Virus record (IMG/VR): IMGVR_UViG_3300035201_000143
Coordinates: 1 to 63,550 of that record
Strand: one strand, 5' to 3'
DNA length: 63,550 nucleotides
Origin: a virus
Lineage: Duplodnaviria > Caudoviricetes
Of the stretch, positions 9,101-18,005 are shown piece after piece. The notes under the pieces are model-generated. The model did no database searches and was not told the DNA's origin. It saw only the letters and a list, made by a program, of their open reading frames with translations. Position numbers and translations under genes: made by a program. Position 1 is the first letter of the stretch, and each line of letters starts with the position of its first letter.

Positions 9101-11255
9101 AGTTTGTTGTGGTTATTGTCTGTGTATCAGCAGTACCACCACCACCTTCTGTAGTTGTAACACTTACTGTATATGCCTGACCTGGAACCTTTGCAACTAT
9201 TGATAACTTAGAAAATGTTTCGTCAGTTGGGTTAGCAGCAGCTGCATATACAAATGCAGATCCAGTTGACAGATCATTAATAAGATTGATGAGTCCATTT
9301 CTAACGACTGTTATACCTTCACCTGCACCAGCATTATAAGTAAATGTTTCGACAGTACTAGTTGTGGTATCTGTTACTTCAACTGTAAAGACATCAGAAT
9401 CTTCAACAGTTCCACCAATTTCTATCCAATCTATCTGAGCAATCTTACTACCAGAACCTGTTCTAGTAACATTAAATCCTGCGTTAATACCTACACCACT
9501 TCCATTAGCACCAGATACGTTAGTGTAGTCCTGAGTAGAGAATATACCTTGACCTATTGAAGTATATGTTAATACTTCACCAGCAGCACCAACTGTATTG
9601 ATAAAGATGTTTAAATCATTAGATGGTGATTGTCCACCAAGAACGTTACCGTAAATAACAATCTTTTCTCCAACGGCATATCCAGTTCCTGCATAAGGAG
9701 TTCCTTCTGCTGCTACACCACTTGTAGATATTGTTTGAATCTGACCATTACCATCAACAGCATCAATTGTAATAGTTAAGTCATTAGCTGGTGAAGCACC
9801 ACCTAAGTTAGTACCTAAGATAATGATTGTTTCTGTAGCAGAATATGTACTACCAGTATTAGATACAAATACATCTGTATAAGATGCACTACCAACAGTA
9901 CCATCCCTTTCAACGTTGAAGGCAGCATTGGATCCTAATCCAGTATATGTGTCTCCTTGTATGTCATAATAGAATACTGTCTGAGCAATATCTACACCGT
10001 TGTATGCACCAGAAGTTCTGGTGACATTGAATGTTGCTCCATTACCATTACCAAAGTTTACGGTAGTAGGTGATGTTGGTGTAGAGATGAAACTGTTACC
10101 AGTTCTATTTGCTGTATATGGTGCAGATAGAGATATAGTATTTGTCTCAATGTTAGTAACAAAAATAGTGTTACCTGAACCATTGTCTAACGCAGCACCG
10201 ATATCAATTCCTGTTGTATCGTTCAAAACTATCTGTGAGACAGGTGCTGTGAATGAAGTTGTAATATTGATCGATGTATCAGAACCTACATAACCAGTTA
10301 TCTGTGTACCAGCTGCAAGTCCTGCTGCTGAAAGAGGAGCACCAATTGGAGGAGCTGACCCAGGAGCAGAAATACCAATTCTTCCAGATCCAGCAGATGT
10401 ATTACCTCTAGTAGTCATCTGACCAGAAGCACCATTAGACTCTACTGCTAGAGTAGGGTTTCCTAATGAAGCACCAGTATAGAAACCTGCTTTCCTTAAC
10501 TGCACAAATCCAGATAGTAGACTAGTAGCAGGAGATGTACCTACCTTACCTTTCGCATAGAAAGTAAACTGAGATGGGTCTGGTACAGCACTAATAATGA
10601 ATGAACCTTCTGCCTTAGCGAATCCCTCTACACCATCATTAACACCCTTAAGTGTAATAGGATCTCCAACAACAAAACCATGTTCTAATTCAGTATCTAT
10701 TGTAATAAGAGAAGGACCTATGCCACCACTACCTTGTGAAGCATCTGTTGTAACAGCACTAACAGAAACGTCAGCACCTGGATACTCGAAGGAAGATGGA
10801 TATCCACGTACTAAGTCAATTGTCTGCCATTTAGTTGGCTGAATGCCATACTCAAAGTCAGCGTCAAGCATACTGAGAGGCTCAGCAAAACGCATACGTT
10901 CGATAGCATCTGTACCGAAGTCATATGGTCTCATCTTAACTTCATCACCTTCGATGAAGATCATCATCTCATCACTAGCTGTATACGTTGAAGTATCAAA
11001 CAAGAATGTAATTGTAGTTACACCGTTTGATAACGTACTAGCGAAGGGGAAGTCTGGATCAGATCCATCAGATGTTTCTACGAAAGATGCGGATATTTGA
11101 TTGACACTATCAGCAAAGTTGTACATGACAACATTGGCAGTCGCATTTGTGATCAAGAGAATTTGATCAGCACCGATTTTATCAAGTACCTTTAATGTTC
11201 CAACCCCAGAAAGACCTGGAGAGAAAACATAGTCTCTTATTTGCTTCTTAGCCAT
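6195..11255 (-). CDS. Large virion structural protein (1686 aa) with internal repeats
   Basis: G/T/S-rich; four copies of G..LGG....NDL.I.I; DADFEYG.QPTKW motif; lectin-like C-terminal part (GAFDDQNGIFF, YTWYGAG); lies just upstream of the neck genes. Confidence 0.8.
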   Translation of the reverse strand: MAKKQIRDYVFSPGLSGVGTLKVLDKIGADQILLITNATANVVMYNFADSVNQISASFVETSDGSDPDFPFASTLSNGVTTITFLFDTSTYTASDEMMIFIEGDEVKMRPYDFGTDAIERMRFAEPLSMLDADFEYGIQPTKWQTIDLVRGYPSSFEYPGADVSVSAVTTDASQGSGGIGPSLITIDTELEHGFVVGDPITLKGVNDGVEGFAKAEGSFIISAVPDPSQFTFYAKGKVGTSPATSLLSGFVQLRKAGFYTGASLGNPTLAVESNGASGQMTTRGNTSAGSGRIGISAPGSAPPIGAPLSAAGLAAGTQITGYVGSDTSINITTSFTAPVSQIVLNDTTGIDIGAALDNGSGNTIFVTNIETNTISLSAPYTANRTGNSFISTPTSPTTVNFGNGNGATFNVTRTSGAYNGVDIAQTVFYYDIQGDTYTGLGSNAAFNVERDGTVGSASYTDVFVSNTGSTYSATETIIILGTNLGGASPANDLTITIDAVDGNGQIQTISTSGVAAEGTPYAGTGYAVGEKIVIYGNVLGGQSPSNDLNIFINTVGAAGEVLTYTSIGQGIFSTQDYTNVSGANGSGVGINAGFNVTRTGSGSKIAQIDWIEIGGTVEDSDVFTVEVTDTTTSTVETFTYNAGAGEGITVVRNGLINLINDLSTGSAFVYAAAANPTDETFSKLSIVAKVPGQAYTVSVTTTEGGGGTADTQTITTTNFTPNENTTTTPTYSAVLTNAGSSYQPNDTIIIDGGILGGETATHDLTVTITSVGASGEITAFSIGGTAASGNASFQSLGANNTAFNATFLPKISGGNYAPEIANGGSGYQIGYQFSIGGQELGGVAGVNDMTITVTDIDYLTGEVTAITASGTPVSGESIAFYPAISLSSVTSGAINNGTNITYSAIARISATFSNNHGLVPGNTILCAVSSTGNNHDLASGPFFIEEVPSLDKFVYTTRTTGTIDTGVTLQGELYTRPDCFYTHRPFDGGVQLGTGSPSHGAQAIRQSKKYIRYQSGKGIQYTTGALFAPSYDLRSVTSDGTGLGAIITVVTDDVDHGLQVGAEIALNGITTSGYDGHYIVASIINEITLTVLATGTLGATNGEFGQQPSISLYKWKGSTVRSGAFDDQNGIFFQYDGTNLSVGLRSSTFQIAGTVSATPDNNLIQGSNTKFTEQLTTGDRLVIRGMSHVVTSIIDDTNLTVNPDYRGAVGAVNTKAALTKDIIIPQSQWNIDRCDGTGKSGYALQINTMQMIGFQYTWYGAGFIDWMFRGPSGNFVFAHRLKNNNRNREAFMRSGNLPVRYEVLNEGPRTKLTTAVSDTMVEYLPVTDVTLFPETGVVYVGNELIRYSSRNISLNRLVGLTRTANLNNYTAGANRTYTAGAAGSYSRNEGVILLTTTATPQINHWGSAYLTDGGFDEDRGYLFNYQESEIEISVTPYTVFLIRLSPSVSNALTGDLGERELINRAQLLLKSVEITTQGGSSSQGVIVEGILNPINYPANVADITWGGLNTSGEGGQPSFAQIASGSSAVWSAGGANITATNSTTRNYWTRWVRFNKADVQGVEVGMQATGGQLPGGSTVSQIRNSGSTQVWIVFSQNTYPGTSGSTTYTFIVPPYAQPGERIFSFVAAPGQRDGIDLTELKELTNTPIGGRGTFPNGPDVLAINVYCTSGSAFNSTINLRWGEAQA

Positions 11256-11276
11256 TTAAAATTTCCCTCGATCTTT

Positions 11277-12410
11277 TTATGAAAGCGCAATTGCTAATGC
11301 AGTTATCTGAGAGTCTACAGCACTTTTCGACATTGCATCTCCTGGTGCTGTTGCTTGTCCTAGATTCGTTATTTTATTATTTAGAAGACTTAGATCAGCA
11401 GAAACTCCACTGTTGACCCCTAAAGTCCCTGCCACAATAGTGTTACCCGAAGCATCTACTGTAAACTTATTACTACCAACACCAAACGTAGTACCAGCAG
11501 CAAGAGCAGCATTGAAAGAAGCACTCTCTCCTGCGACAGCACCAAGTGCCGAAACAGAGAATGTAGGAGCACTTAGATCAGCACCACCTTTGATACCATT
11601 CTGAACTCCAAGTTCCCCTTCTACCGTAGTGTTAACACCCTTGAAAGTTGCATCTCCCACAACATCAAGAGTTCCACCAACATCAACATTTCCCTGTAGA
11701 TCAGAGTCTTGTACTACAGTAAAGTTTCCATTAACAGAGAAGTCTGTTGCAATAATATTATATTTGAATCTACCATACACAGCAAAACTCAGGACATTAG
11801 CATCCTCAGCCCACACAATAATCTGTTGATCCCCTGTTGCTTTTATGTCAGTTCTTTGATAGAATGTTCGTGGATGTAATTTTGTGTTATAATTGATGTA
11901 GTTAGAGGTCTGCAAACTTGCTTGTCCGTCTTCTAGAATTCCAATTCTGAATCTAGATGGTTGAGAACTCTGGTTAGAAATGAAGATCGATAGTTCTACG
12001 TCTTCACCAGTAGGAACTGTGTAAATACTTGTATTTGTTCTTGCGTTTGTAAGCAACAACGAATTTAAGAATCCAGAACCAACTGGATTATCAAGTACCT
12101 CACCATGAACTAAGAAGGAGGTTAACTCATGATCACTATATACAACTAGACTCTGCCCATTGGCATAGTACATAGTTCTTGTTTCATAAGTTTCTCCTGC
12201 TTGAATCTCCATATCATATAGGATATAATTGGAGGGGGCAAAATTTGCCAACGCTCCGCTGGAAACTCCAACTCTAACTCGAACTGCATAAGGACTTTGG
12301 TGAGCAATTGAAATTTTTGCTTCTACCAGCTTTGCTGCTGGAGCCTCGTGTAGTACTGTCCTCGTCTTAACCTGCGGGACTATAGCTGCTAGAGCACCAT
12401 AAGTAGCCAT
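11277..12410 (-). CDS. Virion structural protein / fibre adaptor (377 aa)
   Basis: Two N-terminal beta domains resembling 25064..25387, a fibre-like beta repeat, and C-terminal KSAVDSQITALAIALS; own late promoter. Confidence 0.75.
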   Translation of the reverse strand: MATYGALAAIVPQVKTRTVLHEAPAAKLVEAKISIAHQSPYAVRVRVGVSSGALANFAPSNYILYDMEIQAGETYETRTMYYANGQSLVVYSDHELTSFLVHGEVLDNPVGSGFLNSLLLTNARTNTSIYTVPTGEDVELSIFISNQSSQPSRFRIGILEDGQASLQTSNYINYNTKLHPRTFYQRTDIKATGDQQIIVWAEDANVLSFAVYGRFKYNIIATDFSVNGNFTVVQDSDLQGNVDVGGTLDVVGDATFKGVNTTVEGELGVQNGIKGGADLSAPTFSVSALGAVAGESASFNAALAAGTTFGVGSNKFTVDASGNTIVAGTLGVNSGVSADLSLLNNKITNLGQATAPGDAMSKSAVDSQITALAIALS

Positions 12411-12440
12411 AACTTTGGGGTTTATATTACAATCGTTAGT

Positions 12441-12448
12441 TATTTATA
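12441..12448 (-). promoter_or_regulatory. T4-type late promoter TATAAATA
   Basis: Exact motif ~30 nt upstream of the 12410 start. Confidence 0.75.
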
Positions 12449-13272
12449 TGAAAATTCTTACTGGATGCAACGGATTCATTGGAAAGAAATTTGCTGATCA
12501 AATGGATGCAAAGTTCATTGGGTTTGAAATGGGCAATTGTTTTCAATTATTAGATAACCTACCTGTATGGGATCAGGTAGATGAGATCATCCACATGGGA
12601 GCAATATCTTCCACTACAGAAACTGATATTGGAAAAATTACAATTTACAATACTGAGTTTTCAATAAGACTATTTAAGAAAGCAATTGAACTAGGTATAC
12701 CAGTTAAGTATGCTTCTTCTGCATCTGTCTATGGAAACTCAGCAGGTAATATGAACCCGTTGAATTACTATGCAATATCAAAAGTTCAAGTAGACTACTG
12801 GGTACAAGATAACATAGATCAATTCAAAAAGATTCAAGGATTCAGATTCTTCAATGTGTATGGAGAAGGTGAAGAACATAAAGGAAACCAACGCAGTCCT
12901 ATTAGCAAATTTGTTTCTGAAGCAAAGATGACAGGTAAAATTAAAATCTTTAAACACTCTGAGAAGATGGTTAGAGACTTTGTATACGTTGGAGATGTAG
13001 TTGATCTTGTTCTTAATAATGATCAACCATCAGGAATATATGATATTGGTACAGGACATCCACATTCCTTTAGAGACATTGCTGATATTATTGCAGAGAA
13101 ATATAATGCAAAGATAGAAGAGATAGATTTTCCAGAACATTTACAAGGAAAATATCAGTTCTATACATGTGCAGATATGTTATGGAATAATGGATATAAT
13201 TATACCAACGTAGAAGACTATATCAATCTCCCCGAACCACCCGATAAGAGTCTTCTTCAAAGTGTTCGGTAG
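12448..13272 (+). CDS. hldD: ADP-L-glycero-D-manno-heptose 6-epimerase (extended SDR)
   Basis: ILTGCNGFIG, HMGAISSTTE, YASSASVYG, PLNYYAISK, GFRFFNVYGEGEEHKG, RDFVYVGD and HLQGKYQFYTCAD match the HldD/RfaD pattern. ATG at 12448 preferred over the TTG at 12415. Confidence 0.88.
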   Translation: MKILTGCNGFIGKKFADQMDAKFIGFEMGNCFQLLDNLPVWDQVDEIIHMGAISSTTETDIGKITIYNTEFSIRLFKKAIELGIPVKYASSASVYGNSAGNMNPLNYYAISKVQVDYWVQDNIDQFKKIQGFRFFNVYGEGEEHKGNQRSPISKFVSEAKMTGKIKIFKHSEKMVRDFVYVGDVVDLVLNNDQPSGIYDIGTGHPHSFRDIADIIAEKYNAKIEEIDFPEHLQGKYQFYTCADMLWNNGYNYTNVEDYINLPEPPDKSLLQSVR

Positions 13273-13564
13273 AAAATTCAAATAATTCTACGTCTGTGAT
13301 GCCTTCCATCATATGTCTAAGACCAGGAGGTATGTAAAACTTATCTCCTGGTTTTAATATTATTGTGTCTGCATCTATAAAATCATCCCTATGTCCATAG
13401 GTCATCTTTAGTTCACCACTCTGAACATAGAATGTTTCATCTTTAATCTTGTGGTAATGGTAGGAACACTTCTTACCTGCATTAAAATACAAAAGTTTTC
13501 CACAATAGTTTGGACTATTGCAGATCCACTTCTCATATCCCCAACCTTTCTGAACTATCTTCAT
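13223..13564 (-). CDS. Cupin-domain protein (sugar-phosphate isomerase-like)
   Basis: KGWGYEKW, CSYHYHKIKDETFYVQSG and IPPGLRH cupin motifs; ATG at 13564 overlaps the upstream stop (ATGA). Confidence 0.8.
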   Translation of the reverse strand: MKIVQKGWGYEKWICNSPNYCGKLLYFNAGKKCSYHYHKIKDETFYVQSGELKMTYGHRDDFIDADTIILKPGDKFYIPPGLRHMMEGITDVELFEFSTEHFEEDSYRVVRGD

Positions 13565-13938
13565 TCTCCTGGCCAACCACTCTTGAAGTCCTCATCTGGT
13601 CTGACCCACCACTCATAAGTTCCACCAAAGAAATCATCACATTGAATTCCTTTATCATCTACAAAGTAATCTGCATGGAATTTACCCATATGTAGAGCAT
13701 CAAATTCACATCCCCAATCAGTCAACTGTTTAAAAGTTAGATCATAAAATGCTTCATGTGCTTTGATAGGATCGTTATTAAATCTACCCATACCTCTAGC
13801 AGTATAAAAAATAATGGTATTACCATTCTTCCTTAACTTATTTAACTTCTTTATGCGGTCTTGTCTAGGTACAGATTTTTCATACTGCCCTTTTGGTGTC
13901 ACGGCAATAGTGCCATCAATATCAACTACGTAAATCAT
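13561..13938 (-). CDS. Capless HAD-family phosphatase (capsule-biosynthesis-phosphatase-like)
   Basis: DIDGT motif I, FYTARG motif II, MGK and VDDKG motifs III/IV. Confidence 0.85.
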   Translation of the reverse strand: MIYVVDIDGTIAVTPKGQYEKSVPRQDRIKKLNKLRKNGNTIIFYTARGMGRFNNDPIKAHEAFYDLTFKQLTDWGCEFDALHMGKFHADYFVDDKGIQCDDFFGGTYEWWVRPDEDFKSGWPGE

Positions 13939-14716
13939 TTATATCATCTCCTGTAAGAACATATGTACCTTGATTTTGTACTGCAATTGCAGCGGCTTTG
14001 TTGGCATAAGGTATAGATTTCTCTATTTTACCACACTCTAGATAAAAGTAAACCAAAGCAGTTAGGAAAGTATCACCAGCTCCTGCAACATCAAAACAAG
14101 GAACCTTTTCACCAGAATACAATTTACCTTTATACTCAGCACCAGAACTTCCTTTAGTAACAATCTTATTTCTGTATATACCTTTTAACCTAGAGTCTTC
14201 CAATTCATTAATCTTAATAAAGCATCCTTTCTTAGGTAATTTAGATTTCTTACTGTCTATGAATACAGGACCATCAAATGCTTCAACCAATTCAAATATT
14301 TTTTCTACACTCAAAAATCCTTTATCATAATCAGATATGATCATAGCATCGAAAGGGGTATCTGGTAAATCCCATCCATAATCAGCAACCTCATCGTTCT
14401 CATCCATCCTCATCAATTGTTGATTAGAACGTTCATCAATAAACCTAGTCTTAATTGGTTTTAATTCATTGGTCATAAGATATGCATTAACACCAAACGA
14501 CAAGAGGTTTGCTCTTACGTTACTTGCCATCCCCTCTGCTGTTACAGTACGAATGTATTCCATTACTGGTACAGGTGCTTCAGGACTTAACCTAGAACAC
14601 TTACCATAGACATACTTGTCTATACAAGTCTCACCTATAATTATGACCTTGTATTGTTTTTGTTGTGGAGTATTCTCCGATCCTGTCGAAGAATTCAACT
14701 TTTTTTGCATACTCAC
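13922..14716 (-). CDS. hldA: PfkB-family heptose-7-phosphate kinase (RfaE/HldE domain I-like)
   Basis: IGETCIDKYVYG, RLSPEAPVPV, IISDYDKG and DVAGAGDTF are HldE kinase-domain signatures. Confidence 0.85.
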   Translation of the reverse strand: MSMQKKLNSSTGSENTPQQKQYKVIIIGETCIDKYVYGKCSRLSPEAPVPVMEYIRTVTAEGMASNVRANLLSFGVNAYLMTNELKPIKTRFIDERSNQQLMRMDENDEVADYGWDLPDTPFDAMIISDYDKGFLSVEKIFELVEAFDGPVFIDSKKSKLPKKGCFIKINELEDSRLKGIYRNKIVTKGSSGAEYKGKLYSGEKVPCFDVAGAGDTFLTALVYFYLECGKIEKSIPYANKAAAIAVQNQGTYVLTGDDINDLRS

Positions 14717-15026
14717 GTCCTACTACGTCTCCGTTTTTCCAATCAGAACCTACTACTAGTATATCAGGGTTTATGGTTTTTATCAAATCTTCAAGCTCTT
14801 GTCTTGAATCAAAGGTATGAATTACATCCACAGCCTTCAAAGAACGTAATTGATATTCTCTGTCCTCCTGTGGATAAATTGGTCTACCTTCTCCTTTGTC
14901 CTCTCTAACTTTTCTATCAGTATCGATACCAACTATAAGCATAGAACCTAGAGACCTGGCATAATTCAATAATTCATAATGTCCTCTATGGAGAACATCA
15001 AAACATCCATTAACCCATATGATCAT
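14631..15026 (-). CDS. hldC: Heptose-1-phosphate nucleotidyltransferase (RfaE/HldE domain II-like)
   Basis: NGCFDVLHRGH (HxGH), VGIDTD, KGEGRP, PDILVVGSDW and C-terminal YSTT. Confidence 0.82.
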   Translation of the reverse strand: MIIWVNGCFDVLHRGHYELLNYARSLGSMLIVGIDTDRKVREDKGEGRPIYPQEDREYQLRSLKAVDVIHTFDSRQELEDLIKTINPDILVVGSDWKNGDVVGREYAKKVEFFDRIGEYSTTKTIQGHNYR

Positions 15027-15661
15027 TTGTACTGTTCGTAGAGAGCTCCATGCTGTTGATTAACATGCTGATTCGCTTTGTAATGTGGTGCATCTATATC
15101 AGCACAGAAGAAACATGTAACTATATGCTTTGAATCCATAGGTGAAGAATTACCTTGATGTGAATATAGTTGATTGCAAGGAAATATTAAAAGTTTACCC
15201 TGTTCAGGAGTAACTTTATAATTCAATGCTGGAAACTCTGTTTCTCCACCCTGTCTAACATCATCTAGGTATATAATCATAGCATATAACCTAGACAATA
15301 ACAAAGGATCCATTGGAGAGATATCGATATGTTCTCTCATGTGTCCTTCTTTTACTGGATAGCATCTGATTGCATGGTCATAAGAAACTAATGGTGCTCT
15401 CCAAAGAAGTTTATCTTTAGCACCCCATTTATAATACTCTTTAATAGCACGATCAGATTCAATTGCCAACTGACACCAAAAATCTAAACCAACTACGGGA
15501 TATACCTGTGAACATTTTTTGTGTTGTGTATCAACTTCACCAACACCTACAGCACCTTCTTCATGGAATCTTGTGTTGTGCCAGAACCAATCCTTCCATC
15601 CTTCACAGTCTTCAGCAGGAAGGAAGTTTTTCTTTTCGAATATAAGATCTGTTAGTTTCAT
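15023..15661 (-). CDS. 2OG-Fe(II) oxygenase (prolyl-4-hydroxylase-like)
   Basis: HID metal motif, IIYLDDVRQGGETEFP, PEQGKLLIFP and distal H (YSHQG). Confidence 0.88.
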   Translation of the reverse strand: MKLTDLIFEKKNFLPAEDCEGWKDWFWHNTRFHEEGAVGVGEVDTQHKKCSQVYPVVGLDFWCQLAIESDRAIKEYYKWGAKDKLLWRAPLVSYDHAIRCYPVKEGHMREHIDISPMDPLLLSRLYAMIIYLDDVRQGGETEFPALNYKVTPEQGKLLIFPCNQLYSHQGNSSPMDSKHIVTCFFCADIDAPHYKANQHVNQQHGALYEQYK

Positions 15662-17361
15662 GGTATTTTATTAAGCTCGTGTTTTGAAAGTCTTTTTACA
15701 GAAGGTTCGATACTATCTGGGAAGAATAATATTTCATTCTTCTCAGGTAAGTACAGATAACAAATATCACTTTCTCTCATAGTCTGTAATGCATCATCTA
15801 TAGTTTCTACTATAGTGTCACCAGCTAGATTAAAAGATGTATTGAATAAAATAGGCACACCTGTTAGTTCATAGAATGCCTCTATTAATTTATAGTAGTT
15901 TGGATTCTGATCTTCTGTAAGAGTCTGAATCCTACATGTATTGTCAACATGAGTTATACAAGGTATCTTCTCTGGTTTTAATACATCCACAGCATACATC
16001 ATAAATGGTGATTCATGTAACTTATCCATGTCAAACCATTCATGTGCATGGTCAGCAAGTACTGTTCCAGCAAAAGGTCTCCAATGTTCTCTCTTCTTTA
16101 CAGAATTAACAATGTCCTTTCCATTAGGATCACGAGGATCATATAGAATAGAACGATTACCAAGTGCTCTTGGACCATTCTCAGATTTGCCTTGAGCGAT
16201 AGCAACTACATTGCCCTCACTAATTAACTCAGCAACTCTCTGGGGTGTAACCTCACATACTTGGAACTCATTATCATTTAACTGATAATTATACCTTAAT
16301 GATTGTCCGAAATATACATTAGACAATGGTTTTATCTTTTTCTTTCTAGCAAGTTTGGAACATTCTCTTGCATATGTTATATACGCTGCACCCATAGCAG
16401 TACCACAATCGCTAGACATAGGTTCAACATATAGATTAATATGTTCTGGTAGTCTTTTTAATATTCTATAATTACCAACACAATTTAAAGCACATCCACC
16501 AGTAAATATAATATTATTACTTTTGCTTAATCTATGTGTATCCATAATTCTTTGATACACATACTCTTCAAAATCTTTTTGTAAAGCATATGCTAGATCT
16601 GCATTCCTTTTAAATTTATCATCTTCATCTTTAGAATATGAAATGTAATCATAAGGACGTACTTTAACCATTACATTCTTATGTTCATTAAAATCTGCTA
16701 GAGCAAATATATCCTCATTACCTCCAGCATCAGATATCATTTGTTTTATTCTATCATTAGGTTTTCCATATGAAGAAAGACCCATAGTTTTACCACATTC
16801 TAAACTATCCCATCCCAAAAATTCTGTAATACCAGAATAAACAAATCCAGTACCAATACTTCTTACCTTCTCCACAAATAGTGGTGCCTTTTCAATAGAC
16901 TGATTTGAATACCCAATAACCTTTTGACTTAAACATGTTGCTGCATTTGGATCCTGATTAAAATAAAAGATACTCTCATGCTCCTTACCCCAATCATAGT
17001 CAGCACCAGCACCATCTATTACAAGTATACCTGCATCATCAAATCCTGAATTATAGAACGCACAAGAAGCATGTAGAGAATGATGATAATCCTTTGCTTC
17101 TACATACCTCTCGACCCTAATCCCTATCTTTTTAATATATTTAAAGTATGGTCCAAAATCATTCTTAGTGTTGTACAGATGTGTATAAGCACATAAGTCA
17201 ATTACACCAGTATATTTGGCAACTTTATCCAGAGCATTAAACACTTCTCTGTCATATTTGACATGTGTTAATCTTTCTTCCTGTAAGGACAACACAACTT
17301 CATTGTCTCTCATGAGACAAATAGCAGCATCATGAGATCTATTAACACCAAGTATCCACAT
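15658..17361 (-). CDS. Carbamoyltransferase (NodU/CmcH family), copy B
   Basis: HDAA, QEERL, HHSLHA, IDGAG, GKTMGLSSYG, GGCALNCVGN, GPRALGNRS, KKREHWRPFA, HVDNTCRIQT and NTSFN. Confidence 0.93.
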   Translation of the reverse strand: MWILGVNRSHDAAICLMRDNEVVLSLQEERLTHVKYDREVFNALDKVAKYTGVIDLCAYTHLYNTKNDFGPYFKYIKKIGIRVERYVEAKDYHHSLHASCAFYNSGFDDAGILVIDGAGADYDWGKEHESIFYFNQDPNAATCLSQKVIGYSNQSIEKAPLFVEKVRSIGTGFVYSGITEFLGWDSLECGKTMGLSSYGKPNDRIKQMISDAGGNEDIFALADFNEHKNVMVKVRPYDYISYSKDEDDKFKRNADLAYALQKDFEEYVYQRIMDTHRLSKSNNIIFTGGCALNCVGNYRILKRLPEHINLYVEPMSSDCGTAMGAAYITYARECSKLARKKKIKPLSNVYFGQSLRYNYQLNDNEFQVCEVTPQRVAELISEGNVVAIAQGKSENGPRALGNRSILYDPRDPNGKDIVNSVKKREHWRPFAGTVLADHAHEWFDMDKLHESPFMMYAVDVLKPEKIPCITHVDNTCRIQTLTEDQNPNYYKLIEAFYELTGVPILFNTSFNLAGDTIVETIDDALQTMRESDICYLYLPEKNEILFFPDSIEPSVKRLSKHELNKIP

Positions 17362-17363
17362 AA

Positions 17364-18005
17364 TTAAATAGGGTTAAAATTTATATTCAATACAATACGT
17401 TCGGGTGTGCTCTCTGGATAGCGAGAGGCATGATATCTTCGACCATCAAATAAAACCAATCTACCCTTTTTAGGTTTCACAGTTTTAGCAACAGTAAAGA
17501 GACTGGGGTCATACCCATTAATGAATCTCTTGATATTAGGATCTAGAAATTCATTAAAGAAATGTGTTTCTCCATCACTATCATTAAGATAATAGATTGC
17601 TGTGTACTTCAATCCATCATCCTGATAATCAACATGCGGAACATGATGAGGTTGACGGTTCTTGTTCAATGTAAAGAGACCCAATCTTAATTGAACAAGC
17701 TCCTTGATAGTCATATTGATCTTTTCTTCCATCGAGTATAAAAGAGGAACGAAGATATCATACCACTCAGATTCCTTTCCCTCTTTTCCCCAAAGGATGT
17801 GCATAAACCCAGTAAACGAAGCATCCTCAACATCTAATTTAGAATCATTAAGTTGATTCTCTTTCCAATACCACAAAGGTGATGTTATATCACGATTGAA
17901 GTACCACGGAAACTTAGAATCCATAACGGATTGTTTCAGATGCTCCTGATATCTAGCATTGACTACATCATCAATAACTAAGATATCTTCAAAATGATTA
18001 GTCAT
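17364..18005 (-). CDS. 2OG-Fe(II) oxygenase
   Basis: PHVD, TAIYYLNDSDGETHFF, PKKGRLVLFDG..YHAS and RIVLNINF. Confidence 0.88.
   Translation of the reverse strand: MTNHFEDILVIDDVVNARYQEHLKQSVMDSKFPWYFNRDITSPLWYWKENQLNDSKLDVEDASFTGFMHILWGKEGKESEWYDIFVPLLYSMEEKINMTIKELVQLRLGLFTLNKNRQPHHVPHVDYQDDGLKYTAIYYLNDSDGETHFFNEFLDPNIKRFINGYDPSLFTVAKTVKPKKGRLVLFDGRRYHASRYPESTPERIVLNINFNPI

Noticed and set aside
14695-14712. A7G run in the nucleotidyltransferase/kinase overlap as a programmed frameshift making a fusion
   Set aside because: Fusion would need a +1 shift, whereas A-AAA-AAG heptamers drive -1 shifts, and it would remove the YSTT motif. A runs are common in this AT-rich DNA.
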